Position numbers and translations under genes: made by a program | In this document: positions 44,545 to 56,614 of the stretch, piece after piece | Layout of the letters: each line of letters opens with the position of its first letter | Numbering within the stretch: the first letter of the stretch is position 1 | Assembly (NCBI GenBank): GCA_963785305.1 | Contig: CAWAUV010000007.1 | Span: 2,016,001-2,080,000 of the forward strand | Direction: 5' to 3' | Source: an uncultured Planctomycetaceae bacterium | Lineage (GTDB): Bacteria; Planctomycetota; Planctomycetia; Pirellulales; PALSA-1355 | Length of the DNA: 64,000 bases | The notes under the pieces: model-generated | The model's database searches: none | Told to the model about the DNA's origin: nothing | What the model saw: only the letters and a program-made list of their open reading frames with translations

Positions 44545-44700
44545 GGTCGGTTTTGGCTTCGAGGGTTGCGGCCCCGTGGAAGGGCCAGATCGAAAACTTG
44601 CGACGCGATTTCGGGAGCGACTCGTCCGCGTGGCTCTCGAGAATTAAGAATTAAATACAGTCATCGCCTCTCGAATAGGGCAGGGCGATAGGAGCGGCGG

Positions 44701-45891
44701 TCAAGCCGCGCCGGCGGCGGCCACGACCTTCTTCGCGGCGTCGGTGAGTCCTTCGGCGGAAATAATCGCCAGCTTGCTCTCGGCCAACATCTTGCGACCT
44801 TGTTCGACTTCGGTGCCTTCGAGCCGCACGACCAGCGGCACATTGAAGCCCACGGTCTTATACGCGGCGAGAATCGCGGTGGCGATCGTGGTGCACCGCA
44901 TGATGCCGCCGAAGATGTTGACCAGCACCGCCTTCGTGTTCTTATCGTCGAGCAGAATCCGAAAGGCTTCGGTCACTTGATTGGCGTCGGCCCCGCCGCC
45001 GACATCGAGAAAGTTGGCTGGCTCGCCGCCATGCAGCTTGATGAGGTCCATGGTGCTCATGGCCAAGCCCGCGCCATTGACCAAGCAGCCGATCGATCCG
45101 TCGAGCTTCACATAAGAAAGCCCGGCCTGGGCGGCTCGCACTTCGGCCGGCTCTTCTTCCGAGAGATCGCGCAGGGCTTGTTGGTCTTTGTGGCGGAAGA
45201 GGGCGTTGTCGTCGAAGATCATCTTGGCGTCGAGCGCGATCAGTTCGCCAGCGCCGGTCACGACCAGCGGGTTGATTTCGAGCAAACTGCAATCCTGATC
45301 GACAAACACTTTGCACAGCCGCTTGAGGAAGCCTTCGGCGCCGCGAGCCGCCGGACCGGTGAGGCCAAGCCGCTGGGCGACTTTGCGAGTCTGAAAGCTT
45401 TGCAATCCGGCGTCGGGACCAAACGGCTCGTGAAAGATCTTCTCCGGCGTGTGCGCGGCGACTTCCTCGATATCCATGCCGCCCTCGCGAGACACCATCA
45501 GCACCGGTCCGGCGGCGGCCCGATCGACGACAATGCCTAGATATAGTTCGCGGGCAATGTCGCAGCCCTCTTCGACCAGCACTTGCCGCACGGTCTGCCC
45601 GGCCGGACCGGTTTGAATCGTGACCAGTTCATGGCCGAGCAGATTTTCGGCGGCCTTGGCGGCGTCGGCCGCGCTTTTGACAAGCTGCACTCCGCGCTGG
45701 CTCGCATTGCCGAGCACCGTGCCTTTGCCGCGCCCGCCCGCGTGGATTTGGGCTTTGACCACCGCCAGCTTGCCGCCCAGCGCGTCGAAGGCCGCGCCGG
45801 CTTCGGCCGACGAACGGGCCACAATGCCCCGCGGCGCCGCGACGCCAGCGTCGCGCAGGATTTGCTTCGCTTGAAATTCGTGTATTTTCAT
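44701..45891 (-). CDS. sucC: Succinyl-CoA synthetase beta subunit
   Basis: [28 protein letters not shown] and ANFLDVGG motifs. Confidence 0.98.
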   Translation of the reverse strand: MKIHEFQAKQILRDAGVAAPRGIVARSSAEAGAAFDALGGKLAVVKAQIHAGGRGKGTVLGNASQRGVQLVKSAADAAKAAENLLGHELVTIQTGPAGQTVRQVLVEEGCDIARELYLGIVVDRAAAGPVLMVSREGGMDIEEVAAHTPEKIFHEPFGPDAGLQSFQTRKVAQRLGLTGPAARGAEGFLKRLCKVFVDQDCSLLEINPLVVTGAGELIALDAKMIFDDNALFRHKDQQALRDLSEEEPAEVRAAQAGLSYVKLDGSIGCLVNGAGLAMSTMDLIKLHGGEPANFLDVGGGADANQVTEAFRILLDDKNTKAVLVNIFGGIMRCTTIATAILAAYKTVGFNVPLVVRLEGTEVEQGRKMLAESKLAIISAEGLTDAAKKVVAAAGAA

Positions 45892-46019
45892 GAATTGCGC
45901 CGCTCCAAAAATTAGCAAATGTGGCCGGATTATAGGGCTTCCCGCGGCGGGTGGTCAAGCAGCGATACATTGGATCGGCTCGCGCCGTGTGCGCCTTCAT
46001 CCTCATTCGCGGTCCAAGA

Positions 46020-47747
46020 TCATGTCGGTTTCTTAATATGCGCGGCGCGAGCGATGCCCACCAGCCGCATCGTCTCGCCATCGACCACCGGAAGCACTCC
46101 ATCGGCTGCGGCGTTCAACCGCCGCCGGGCTTCGCCCGCTTCGGTCGCGGTGGTCAACGGCGTCACCGGCCGCGCTAGGTCAAACGCCGTGAGCGCCGCG
46201 GGCGGCAGCGCGTCGGGCGATGTTTGTCCGGCCAAGCCCGGGCCGATCTCGCCGACCAATTGCCCATGTTCGTCGACAACATAAAGCCGGCCCGCTGGGT
46301 CGGAGCCAGCGATGAGCGCTTGCACGACCTGCGCATAGCGGGCCGACGCGGGCACAAGCCGGCAATCGAGCAAGATCGGCGTGTCGAGGCGGGCTCGCCC
46401 GTTGTAGGGCGCGAGCTTCGCGCCAGGCGCCGGCAGCCGCGCCGTATAAAGCGAATGCGATTCCACGCGGCCCATCACCAGCATTGCCCCGACCACGGCG
46501 AGCAGCATCGGACCCATGGTCGCGTCGGTGTGCCGCGTGAGCTCCAAGATCAGCACCACGGCCGACACCGGCCCGCGGCTAGCGGCGGCGAGCACCGCGG
46601 CCGAGCCGATAATGGCGCAAGAGCCGGGCGCGAGGCCGGGCAAGAGCGGCGCGAGCCCATGACCGAGCAGGCCGCCCAGCAGCGATCCGATGGTGATCGT
46701 GGGCGTGAAAAGCCCGCCACTCGCGCCGACGGCCAGGCAGGCGACGGTGACCAAGAACTTCAGCTCGGGCAATTGACCGAAGAGCGCGAACGAGATTTCG
46801 TCGGTGTAGGCCATCTGCACCGTGTCTTTGCCGTTGCCCAAAAGCTGGGGATAGGAAATCGCGAGTGCGCCGAGTAGCCCGAGCACGACGATCGGCGCCG
46901 GAATCGCGAGCCAGCCCGCGGCGCGGTTCGTTTGCGACCAGCGCACGGTTCGCACCAGCGCCGCGGCGGCCAACCCAAACAACGGGCCGGTCACGAGACT
47001 CCAAACGACAAGCGGCGGCGACAAGGCATAGTGCGGCACGTAATAAATGGGATCGGCCGGCAACATGAGCCACGAGATCGCGGTGGCGATCACCGAAGCG
47101 GCCAGCGCCGGCAAGACGAGCGGCAAGGAGAGATCGCCGATCAGCACTTCAACGGCGAACAGCGCCCCGCCCAACGGCACATTGTACGCCGCGCCTACTC
47201 CGGCCCCGACGCCGCAAGCGACCAACAAACGGCGCCGCGGGTCGGGCATGCGACCCCAATCACCCAGCCAAGAAGCCACCGCCGCGCCAGCTTGCTTGAT
47301 CGCCGCCTCGCGGCCCAGCGAGGTTCCCAGGCCCACGATCACGATCGACACCACTGCTTCGACCATCGTGCGCGGCGGCGAAACACGGCCCGAGCGAAAC
47401 CAGATCGCGGCGTTGACCTTGACCGGCTGGCCGCCGAGGAGTCGCGGCAGCAGCTTGCCGGAGATTGCCACGATCACTCCGGCCAGCAGCAAGTTTCCGA
47501 TTCGCCGCTCGGACGACGACTTGGAAACCGCCGTGAAGTAGCTGGCCGTCTCGTAGGACCAAGCCAGATGCTCGACGCCATGCAAGAGCCGCATGAGCAT
47601 GCCGCCCGCGAGTCCCGCCCCGACGCCAGTCGCCACCACGAGCCCCCAAAACCGAGGCCGGCAATCGGGCGCGTGGCGAGCCGCGCAGTCGCTCAGGGAG
47701 CGCCCTGGCGGTTGATCGTCGGCGCGATGCGGTTTGTGCTCGGACAT
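46020..47747 (-). CDS. ClC-family chloride channel/antiporter with C-terminal CBS-like domains
   Basis: SLGREAA, AYNVPLGGALFAVE and GGLFTP motifs. Confidence 0.9.
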   Translation of the reverse strand: MSEHKPHRADDQPPGRSLSDCAARHAPDCRPRFWGLVVATGVGAGLAGGMLMRLLHGVEHLAWSYETASYFTAVSKSSSERRIGNLLLAGVIVAISGKLLPRLLGGQPVKVNAAIWFRSGRVSPPRTMVEAVVSIVIVGLGTSLGREAAIKQAGAAVASWLGDWGRMPDPRRRLLVACGVGAGVGAAYNVPLGGALFAVEVLIGDLSLPLVLPALAASVIATAISWLMLPADPIYYVPHYALSPPLVVWSLVTGPLFGLAAAALVRTVRWSQTNRAAGWLAIPAPIVVLGLLGALAISYPQLLGNGKDTVQMAYTDEISFALFGQLPELKFLVTVACLAVGASGGLFTPTITIGSLLGGLLGHGLAPLLPGLAPGSCAIIGSAAVLAAASRGPVSAVVLILELTRHTDATMGPMLLAVVGAMLVMGRVESHSLYTARLPAPGAKLAPYNGRARLDTPILLDCRLVPASARYAQVVQALIAGSDPAGRLYVVDEHGQLVGEIGPGLAGQTSPDALPPAALTAFDLARPVTPLTTATEAGEARRRLNAAADGVLPVVDGETMRLVGIARAAHIKKPT

Positions 47748-47807
47748 GCCGCCAGCGTAACCGCCACGATCGGTGAAAGGAAAGGGCCAACGGGCACACG
47801 ACGCCGA

Positions 47808-49139
47808 TCACGGCGATGATGTCGTATTCGCGGTGGTTGTCGACGAAGCGGCGCTCGCCGCGCTCGTGGCAAAGTTCGAGACGCTGGCGGTCGTGGTCGT
47901 GGTTCGCGCCGCTTTGGCGCCCTTATAAGCATCCACCGCTCCAAGCGCGCCGGCCAGCGGGTTCGCCGAGGTGGCCGCCGTCGCGGCGGGCGCCGAGCTC
48001 GAGGCGATATTATTCCACTGCTGGCTGCCAAGCGAATTGTTCATGGTGGTCGATGTTTTGAACGCGTTGCTCGGCGTCGATCCCGAGTCGGCGCCGCTAT
48101 TCGAGTTCGAGTTATTCGCGGCGCCGTTTCCAATCGTCGGCGGCGACACGGTATTCGTCGTGGGCGCTCCCGCGGCGGGCGGCGCCGACGCGGGCGCCGC
48201 CGATGGAAACGCTGCCGCGGGAGGCGCTGCCGCGGGAGATGCTCCCGGCGCGGGCGACGTTTCGACATGCGTCGCTTGTTGCACGCCATCGACCGGCGGC
48301 AGCGGCGCGGGCTGGCCGGCGCTGGGCGCCGCGGATTGCGCCGTCGTCGAGGATGCGGGACCGATCGGTCCGGCCGGTTTGTTGAAGCTTGCATTTTGCG
48401 AGACGTGCGCCGGCTCGATCCCCGGATCGGGCTTCGCCAGGGGAATTTGCACTTTGTCGCCGGCGAAGCGGGTGCCATTGTAGATCGAGCCGCGCTGGAT
48501 CGGCCCGGCGCCGAAGATCCATACATCCTTCGCTTTGCTCACGACCTGATGCGCGCCGGACTGCCAGATCGGATAGCCCTGGTCGCGGTGGTAGGCAAAC
48601 ACCGCCACTTTGCACACGCCTTGCTGGGCGGTGCGCTTGATGAGCGAGATTTCGGGAATGCTCGACGGAATACCGGTCATGGCGCCGCCGGTGGGCAAGG
48701 TCGTGGCCGGCACGCCCACCAGCACATCGGCCCGATTGGTGCCCAAGGCGCCGGCGCGAATTTCGACCACGAACTCGGCCTCATCGAGTTTGTCCTTGAT
48801 CACCACGCCGCTGGCGAGCATGTGCTGGCGAAGCGTGCTGTAGAGATAGCGATCGTCGACTTCCCCCGCCACATAGCGGTTATCGAGAAAAATTGTCTTG
48901 CTGGCGAGCGGGGTGAAGTCGATTTGGCTGACGGCGCGATCGATCGCGTCGGACATGAGCAACTGTTCGGTCGCGGTGCGCGATGTATCGCTCCAGCGCG
49001 TGGTGCCGCAGCCCGCGAGCAGCGCGAGGGCCCCCACCGCGCTCGCCGCGGCGAGCGCTCTGCGCAGCCTCCCACGGAGCGGCCGAGAGGTTTCGCCGCC
49101 GCGAGGATCGGAAGCCGGCCGCGTCGCGGCGCGAAGCAT
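47808..49139 (-). CDS. Planctomycete lipoprotein (DUF6655-like) with a low-complexity tail
   Basis: Lipobox LLAGC, then TSRTATEQLLMSDAIDRAV, and an Ala/Pro/Ser/Thr-rich C-terminus. Confidence 0.65.
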   Translation of the reverse strand: MLRAATRPASDPRGGETSRPLRGRLRRALAAASAVGALALLAGCGTTRWSDTSRTATEQLLMSDAIDRAVSQIDFTPLASKTIFLDNRYVAGEVDDRYLYSTLRQHMLASGVVIKDKLDEAEFVVEIRAGALGTNRADVLVGVPATTLPTGGAMTGIPSSIPEISLIKRTAQQGVCKVAVFAYHRDQGYPIWQSGAHQVVSKAKDVWIFGAGPIQRGSIYNGTRFAGDKVQIPLAKPDPGIEPAHVSQNASFNKPAGPIGPASSTTAQSAAPSAGQPAPLPPVDGVQQATHVETSPAPGASPAAAPPAAAFPSAAPASAPPAAGAPTTNTVSPPTIGNGAANNSNSNSGADSGSTPSNAFKTSTTMNNSLGSQQWNNIASSSAPAATAATSANPLAGALGAVDAYKGAKAARTTTTTASVSNFATSAASAASSTTTANTTSSP

Positions 49140-49419
49140 GGAGATTTGCATACGCTCGAAAAAAGGCGGACCGGTCTGACACGAGGAACTCGAGCCTGGA
49201 GCTCGAGCCCCAGGGTCGGAAAAGCGCGGCCGAGTATAGGGATTGCCGCTCGACGACCCAAGACGGATCGCGCTTTGCGCCGCGCGGCATTGCAAGCATT
49301 GCAACTTGCGAAATGGCCTTGTACCGCCGTTGCCCGCGGCCTCATGCCGGCGCGTAGCGGGCGCCGGCGCAAGCACGACGCTCGGCCACTGGACCGCATT
49401 TGCTCGCGGCCCGCGGCGG

Positions 49420-51670
49420 TTATGGGCCGGTGGCGGAGGTGGCGGCCGGATCGGCGGCGGCCGCGGCGCCTTGGCCGTTGCTTTCATCGCCGTAGAAGAG
49501 CGTGGTCTCCTCGGCCGAAAGCTTGAGCATCGGTGATTGGCAGGCGACTTCGGCGCGGAACACATGGTTGCCGCTGGCTTCGGCCTTGGCGTGAATCTTG
49601 ATTACGAGCTCTGCGCCCGGCGCCAGCGATGGCAGGGTCTTGAAGGCGACCTGACCGCGACCGATTTCATGCAAGGCGCCTTCGACCCGCACCGCCTCGA
49701 GCCCTTCGGTGAAAAACGCCAACATATCCACGCCCTCGGCGCTCTTGGTGCCGCGATTGCGCACCGTGACTTCATATACCGCGTCGTCGCCCACGGCCAC
49801 GGGACCTTGTGGATCGCGGATTTCCAGTTTGAGATCGGCCACGGCGTCGACCCGAGTTATCCCAGCGGCTTGGACGACCTGTTCGTCGCTCGAAGTGGCC
49901 GCGACCTGCAGGCGGTTTTCGCCAGCGGCTTGGAGCACGCAATGCACTTCGATCGCGCGCTCGGCGCCGGCCGGCAATGAGCCGAGATTCCAGACGACTT
50001 TGCCCTGGGCCGCGTCGACCTTGCCGCCGACAGCGCCCGAGATGTATTTGGCTTGGGCGGGCAGCATGGTCGTGAGCACGACATTTTCAGCCGTGGCGTT
50101 GCCGGCGTTGCCGACGACGATCGAATAGGTGGCGGCGGTTCCGGCGAACTTGATTCGCGGCGCTTGGACGATCGCTTTGAGATTCGCCCTGCGAACGACG
50201 ACCTGCTCGACGGCGCTTGCCTCGAGCCCGCCATCGGCCGTGGCTTCGGCCTTGATGCTGAGCATGCCGCTTTGTCGCGCGGTGAGCTCGACTTCGATCG
50301 TCTTGCTTTGACCGGGACGGAGCGTGCCGAGGCGGCGACTGGCGGCGGCGTCGGTCGAACGTCCCATCGGCAGGAGGCTCACGGTCACATTTTCCGCGTC
50401 GCCATTGCCAGGATTGGTGATGTTGATTTTGTAGATCTTCGATTGGCCGTAGAGAATCTCACTGGGGCCGGAGAGACTCATCGTGAGCTGCGGCTCTTGC
50501 ACTTCGACCAGGGTTTGCGAAGCGTCGGGCGCGGCCGCCCATTGCATCGCCAATTCGATCGGCAGGCTCTTGCGCGGCACGAGCTTCAGGGTGAGCGTCT
50601 CCTTGGCCCGCGGCTCGACCCGCGCAATTTGCCACTTGAGCATCGTCGACTCCGCCGGAGCGGCTGGATTCTGCACATTGCCGTTCGACGCGTGGCTCGA
50701 GAGCACATCGACGTGGCCGGGAACCGCGATCGCCACGACCACGCCATTGGCCGGACTTTCGCTCGAATTCCGCAACCGGATCGTGAACACCGCCTCTTTA
50801 CCCACGGTGATCGCCTTGGGGCCCAGTGTCTCGACCGCGAGCGAGGCGCTCTGGCCCGCGATCAGCACCCCGTCGGAGGTGGCACGCTTGCTGGCGCCGG
50901 CTTCTTCCCAAGTTTTGGTTTTTGCCGCGGTGCTCGAATGCGCGAGCGGCTCGGGCTTGATTTCGGGTTTCGGCTCGGGTTTGGGCTCGAGCCGCGCGAC
51001 GCGAGGGGCGATCGGTTGCGGAAACGCCTCGGCCGGAGCGATGTCGTCGCTTCGTTCGTCGAGATCGCCATCGCGAGCAATGCTCGCGGGTTGCCTGGCC
51101 GCGCCGACCGCAATCGGATTGAGCGCCGAACCGAACCGCTGGCCGACGCGCGGCGCCGAGTCGTCGCTGCCCACGCGGCGAGCGCTCGCGCGGCGCGTAT
51201 CGTCGGAAGCCTCGAACTCCTCGATGATTTTCGACGAACGCGAAGAAGCCGTGGGGCTGCTCTTCAGTCGCGATTGGGGCGCCGGCGAATCGTCGTCGTT
51301 TTCCGGGGTTGGCGGCGGAAGCGGCATGTCATCGCTCAAGTTCCGCGGTGGCGCCGGCGGAGCGTTCGGCCGTGTTTGCGTGGTTTGCGAACCGTTGAAA
51401 TGCGTTCGCGGAGCCGACGACGGCGCGTACGATTGTCCGTAGTTCGGTCGCTGCGCGGTGCGGATCGGCTGCTGCGTGTATCGCGGCGCGGCGGGCGTCG
51501 GCTGCGGATCGCCGCCTCCGCCGAGCAGGTCCTGACGAAACTGCTGCAATCGCTGGCCCAAGGTCGGTGGCGCCGGCGGACTATCGGACTGAGCCCGAGT
51601 CGCTGCTCGCCACCATACCAAACAGTGTGACCGCCGAAATTGCAAGCAATAGCTGGCGCAGCATGGACAT
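49420..51670 (-). CDS. DUF11-repeat (OmcB-like) exported protein, frameshift near the N-terminus
   Basis: Repeated Ig-like units (ITNPGNGDAENV, VGNAGNATAENV, VRNRGTKSAEGV). The signal peptide lies in an adjacent frame. Confidence 0.8.
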
Positions 51671-52216
51671 GATTCCGCAAGGGGAACAATTCATTTGTCG
51701 ACTCCGCGACTCTTTTATCGACCGATCGACTTTGCGGATTAAATGAGCTTGTCGTGAAAATCCCAGATTTTTCATCGTGCTGGAAAAATGAATAAGACAG
51801 GCGAAATGCGTCCGCGTGCAAGCAGCAGCCATGCGGTCGTCCCGCGCTCGCTTCGCGGCCAGAGTGCGGCGCCCTCGTGACAAGGAGCTCGCGTTGCGAC
51901 GCCGCGCGGCGACGGCGACGCGCATGCTTTGAGGAACGAAATAAAGACAACTCCTGGTTTGTTCGCCCCCCATTGTCCTCTTCCGCCAAGGGAAGGAGGG
52001 TTTATCGATAAGGTATTTTGAGTCCGTTGCGGAGTACGTTGTTTTGCGAGCCGCGACGCGCTTTTGCTCCGTGCTGGGCGAGATGGAACCAGGAATTATC
52101 ACGAACTCGCGACATCGGCACGCGGGTTGCATTCGGCAGGCGGCGACGCGAGCCTCTCCTTTGTTCGGGGCGCGGAGCGTCGGATTTCTTGGCAGTGTTT
52201 CGGGAAAGCCGGTTTT

Positions 52217-53509
52217 ATGTTGCAAGACGACTCGTTCGCCGTCGAGCCTGCCGTGGTCGCGCGGAAGCCACGCTTCGAGCTCCGGCCCGAGTCGGCGCCC
52301 GAAGCGCGATCGATCTCGCGTCAGAGCAAGATTGGGCTCAACGCAGCCAATTTCTTTTTGGCCGAGATCACGGGTGTCGTCTTGCCCTTTCTGGCGCATA
52401 TTTTCAGGGCCGCGGTTGGACCGAGGACCAGATCGGCGATGCGATCGGCGTGGCCGGACTCGGCGTGCTACTGCTCCAAACGCCGGCGGGGCTCATCGTC
52501 GATCGTCTCAGGAGTCGCCGAGCGCTCCTGGCCGCGGCGTCGCTCGCGATTGGGCTCGGCTACGGGCTTCTGCCGCTTGTCGAGCCGGCGGCTCGTTGGG
52601 TCGATCCACTATTATTCTCCGCTGGCGCGGCGCAGGCATTTTTTTTGCCGCTCTTGGGCGCCCTTGCTTTGGGACTCGTGGGCCACGCGGGTTTGAATCG
52701 CATGATGGGCGCCAATCAGTCATGGAATCATGCCGGCAACTTGGCCGCCGCGCTGTTGGCGATGGCGATCGTGGGCATTTGGGGGGTGGCGTCGATCTTC
52801 TTCGCCGTGGCCGTCGTCTCGCTCTTCGCCGCGGGAAGCGTGTTTTTGATCCGCCGCGACGATGTCGACGAGCAACGCGCCAGCGGCGCGGCCTCGGGCG
52901 CCGGCGGCGGCTTGCGCCAGCTCGCGCGCGACCGGCGCGTGTGGGCGCTGCTCGCGGCCACGGCGCTGTTCGATCTGGCGATGCGCCGGTCATGCCATTT
53001 TTGGCGCTTATATCAAGCAGCTTCACGGCAACGACAAACAGGTGGCCGCCATTGTGCTTGTGGCTCAGGCGGTGATGATTCCGGTGGCGATGGCCGCCGG
53101 CCGACTGGTCGATCGCTGGGGCCGGAAGCCGGTGTTTGCCATCGGCTTTATCGCGCTGCCGCTACGCATCGTGCTCTATTCGCTCACGAGCGATCCGTGG
53201 ACACTCGTCGTGCTCCAAACGCTCGACGGCATCGGGGCCGGAATCTACGGAGTGGCGATCGTGGCGATGTGCGCCGACCTGACTCGCGGTCGCGGCGGCT
53301 TCAACACGCTCTCGGGCCTCATGGCCACGGCGCTCGCCATTGGCGGAGCGATCGGCCCGTTCATCGCGGGTCGCGTCGCCGGCCGGCTCGGGTATAACGG
53401 TTTCTTCCATGTGTTCGCAACTATCGCGGTGCTGGCGGCCCTCGTGTTTCTTTGCTTCGTGCCCGAGACAGCGCCGCGATCGCAAGAAAGGGTCCATGTT
53501 CTTCGATGA
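52217..53509 (+). CDS. MFS transporter, frameshifted
   Basis: GLNAANFFLAE, PAGLIVDR and GRLVDRWGRKPV motifs across three frames. Confidence 0.85.
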
Positions 53510-54783
53510 ATTTCGTCGTGATTCCGACCTGGATTATTTTTCTAGCGACCTACGCCGGGCTCGCCTTGGGCAAGGTTCCCGGCTTGCGGATGGATCGGGC
53601 CGGCATCGCGCTGGTGGGGGCCACCTTGATGCTCACGACCGGCGTGCTCGGCTTCGACGAAGCGGTCTCCGGCCGGTCGATCGACTTCAAGACGCTATTC
53701 CTGCTGTTTGGCATGATGGTGGTGGTCGGCGTCCTCCGCATCTCGGGCTTCTTCGAGCGGCTCACCGCCGCCGCGCTCGAGCGCATCTCCTCGCCGCGGG
53801 GCCTGCTGGCAATGACGATCGGCCTCTCGGGAGTGCTCTCGGCCTTTTTGATCAACGATGTGGTTTGCGTGGCGCTCACGCCGCTGGTGCTGCGGCTTGC
53901 GCGGCGCATGAAGTTCGACCCCACGCCGCATATGATCGGGCTCGCCACCGCGGCCAATATCGGCTCGACCGGCACAATCACAGGCAATCCGCAAAACATC
54001 TATATCGGCGCGCATTCGGGCATCAGCTACCCGCGCTTCGCCGCGCGTCTGATGCCGATTGCCATCGTGTGTCTCGTGATCAATTTCCTGGTGGTGGCGG
54101 TGGTGTTTCGAAGTCGACTCTCGGCGAAGCGCGGGCCGCAAGAATCGAATGACGACGCGCGGGCGAGATCCAACAAGAGCAGCCACTCGCGACGCGACGG
54201 CCGCTTTCGCCGCTTGCAACGCAAGGCGGTGCTCGTGACGCTCGCCGCGATCGGGCTTTTTTTCACCGGGCTCCCGCTGGAGCTGGTCGCCCTGGGGGCG
54301 GCGGCCATTATGCTGCTCGATCGGATCAATCCGCGAAAGATTTATCGCGAGATCGACTGGAGCCTACTCATCATGTTCACCGGTCTGTTTATCGTGGTGC
54401 ATGCGTTTCAGATCCATGTGGTCGATCATTGGAGGATTTCAACCTGGACTTGGCTATTGGATCGGCCCACGGACATGCTGAGCCTCGTTTCGGCGGGCTT
54501 GTCGAATGTGGTCAGCAATGTGCCGGCGGTGCTGTTGCTCGAGCCGGTGGTCCAGGCGATGCCGAGCGCCTCGCGCGAATCCGGCTGGCTCGCGCTCGCG
54601 ATGTCGAGCACGCTGGCGGGCAATCTCACGGTGCTGGGCTCGGTGGCGAACTTGATCGTGGTGGAAATCGCAAGCCGCGAGGGGACGACGGTTTCCCTGT
54701 GGGACTATTGCAAAGTCGGCGTTCCGCTCACGCTCATCACGCTCGCCGTGGGCATCGGCTGGCTCACTTTCGCGCATTACTGA
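53506..54783 (+). CDS. ArsB/NhaD (CitMHS-like) anion transporter
   Basis: SAFLINDVVC, AANIGSTGTITGNPQN, SNVVSNVPA and STLAGNLTVLGSVAN motifs. ATGA overlap with the MFS gene. Confidence 0.9.
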   Translation: MNFVVIPTWIIFLATYAGLALGKVPGLRMDRAGIALVGATLMLTTGVLGFDEAVSGRSIDFKTLFLLFGMMVVVGVLRISGFFERLTAAALERISSPRGLLAMTIGLSGVLSAFLINDVVCVALTPLVLRLARRMKFDPTPHMIGLATAANIGSTGTITGNPQNIYIGAHSGISYPRFAARLMPIAIVCLVINFLVVAVVFRSRLSAKRGPQESNDDARARSNKSSHSRRDGRFRRLQRKAVLVTLAAIGLFFTGLPLELVALGAAAIMLLDRINPRKIYREIDWSLLIMFTGLFIVVHAFQIHVVDHWRISTWTWLLDRPTDMLSLVSAGLSNVVSNVPAVLLLEPVVQAMPSASRESGWLALAMSSTLAGNLTVLGSVANLIVVEIASREGTTVSLWDYCKVGVPLTLITLAVGIGWLTFAHY

Positions 54784-54896
54784 TTGCTTGCATGCAAGCT
54801 TGGCGATTGCAGGCATCGCTGCTTGCGAATGAAAGTCGCCGGGCCATCCGAAACGCGAATTGCCGCAAGTTAACAGGGAAGTATCGCAAGTATCGC

Positions 54897-56614
54897 GGGA
54901 CCAGTTCAGCTTATGCGGCGGTGGCGAGGGGGGTGGAGCGGCGGTGGAAGGGGTGGCCGGGGCGTTGCGAGAGGTAGTCCTTGAGCCGGCCGTCGTCGCT
55001 GAGGGCGGCGGCGCGGAGCTGCAAGATCGCTTCCGCTCCGTCGGGATCGTCCCAGAACATTTCGGTCCCTTTCACGCGCAGGTTCATCTGTTTGATCAGC
55101 GACTCCATCGGCGCGCTGGTGACCGGCAGGCCCAGGCGGCGATAGCTGGGATAGTCCATCCGCTGGCGATTGTTCGTCAAGTACCGCACGGCGTCGACGA
55201 GCGGTTTCTCCGCGTCACTGGGTTTCGTATCTTCCCAGTCGATGCCCCGGGCGAGGCAGGCTTGCTTGATCTCGTCGATCACGTGATCGACCTGGCCTTG
55301 CCAGCACCAGGTGACGAACTTTAGATAGAGCGACCAACCCTCCGCATCGTTGGCGGCCAGCGCCAGCGCCGCGCGGTAAACGTATTGAATCGCATGAATG
55401 AAGTCGAGGACGGGCGTGAACGTCGGAAAATGTTTTTTCCAGATCGACCAGTTCCAGTTCAGGCCATCACCGAGGAAGACCCGTAAAGGAGAATCGTAGA
55501 ACCGGCGCCGCTGGGCTTCGCGCCGCATCAGCGGGCCGAAATCCTCCGAGCAGGACATACTGCTCAGCGCCGTGCGCAGCACTGCGCCGCGGGCCTTCGT
55601 ACTTCACGCGGCGGGGTTTCTCGGCGGCGGATTCTTCGCCGGGTGAATCGAGGCGGGGAACCGCTTTTTCCGCGATATTCGCCACTTTTTTCGCGATGCG
55701 AAAGGAAGTCGGCAACTCGGGGCAAGCGTCTTCGTCCGCGACATGCCGCGGGTTGAGAGACATTCGCTCGAACGAAGCGTTCTTCGTTTCGCGCCAGCCT
55801 TTCTCGCCCGACGGCACGACGCCGCGTCCCCGGCCCGGCTCGCGCGTGCGAATGCGGCCGCCGTCGCAAGAGACCACCGCCGCTTCCGGCACGACGACTT
55901 CCTTGACGACTTTTTTATTGTCGCTGGGCGCCGGCAGTGCCTTCCCGTCGGCCAGTTCCTGGCCCACCTGTTTCACCAAACGCCGAATCGTGCTGCAGGG
56001 AACTTTGTGTCCCAGCACTTGCTCGGTGGTCACTTCCGCGCGCTTGAACGAACGGACTTCCGCGGCTAGGCAGACCACGGCTCGCGTCAACTCGGGCGTG
56101 ACCTCGCGGCTATCGAGTCCCAACGTCAACCGCTGAGGGAAAAAAAGACCGCCGGCAGCGGTCGCAGTAAGCGGTCGTCTCGGTCACCTCGACCCGGCCA
56201 TCCAGGCTGGTGACCGGCCTCGTTGCGGTTTGCACGCGGCACGACGCTCCGCAGGTGGGGCAGTTCGCTTCCGTCGGGCAGCTCGCGGCGACTTCACGCA
56301 TCGCTCGCTCTTGGGCTTCACGGCTCAACTCGCGGCCGAGCGTGATAGCATACCGCTCGATGACGCTATAGTGCGGCGTGCCGAGGAACGCCCCCTGCTC
56401 GACCATCTCCTCGATTCCCAGTTCGGCCAGTTCCCGCAAAAGTTCCTTCCTCCTGGCCTCGCGGGCCTGCATCGCGGCGTCCATGCCTAGCGCTCCTTAA
56501 GCAAGTTTCGTTCACCGATCAAATCCACCTCGCCCAGCTTACCACAGAAACCCCGAATTCTCCTATTGACGTTTCCACATCCACCCCCCAACCCGCAAAA
56601 GCTGAACTGGTCCC
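54897..56614 (-). mobile_element. ISKra4/ISLre2-like (Mutator-type DDE) insertion sequence
   Basis: 22-bp terminal inverted repeats GGGACCAGTTCAGCTT(A/T)TGCGG, 21/22 identical, at 54897-54918 and 56593-56614. Flanked by AAGTATCG(C) duplications. Confidence 0.9.
54911..56484 (-). CDS. Transposase in three frames (orfA 56110-56484, orfB 55467-56129, 54911-55582)
   Basis: CPTCG/CDRC zinc finger, SCDGG, LGDG...W, LDFIHA, MDYPSYRRLGLPVTSAPMESLIKQ and RVKGTEMFW motifs. Confidence 0.88.

Noticed and set aside
46020..47810. ClC gene as a fluoride exporter with a fluoride riboswitch
   Set aside because: It has GREAA/GGLFTP rather than the GREGT/GEVTP signatures of CLC-F, and the short upstream gap shows no riboswitch consensus.
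51671..52216. Long intergenic region as a possible ncRNA or riboswitch
   Set aside because: I could not identify a known consensus or convincing structure. It is compatible with divergent promoters; an Rfam/Infernal scan would settle it.
12519..53509. Many frameshifted genes (secA, waaA, glmM, rfbF, acyl-CoA synthetase, PPIase, MFS) suggesting mass pseudogenisation or recoding
   Set aside because: The breaks look like single-base indels, often in homopolymer or GC runs, and hit essential genes whose motifs are otherwise intact. Long-read error is the simpler explanation.
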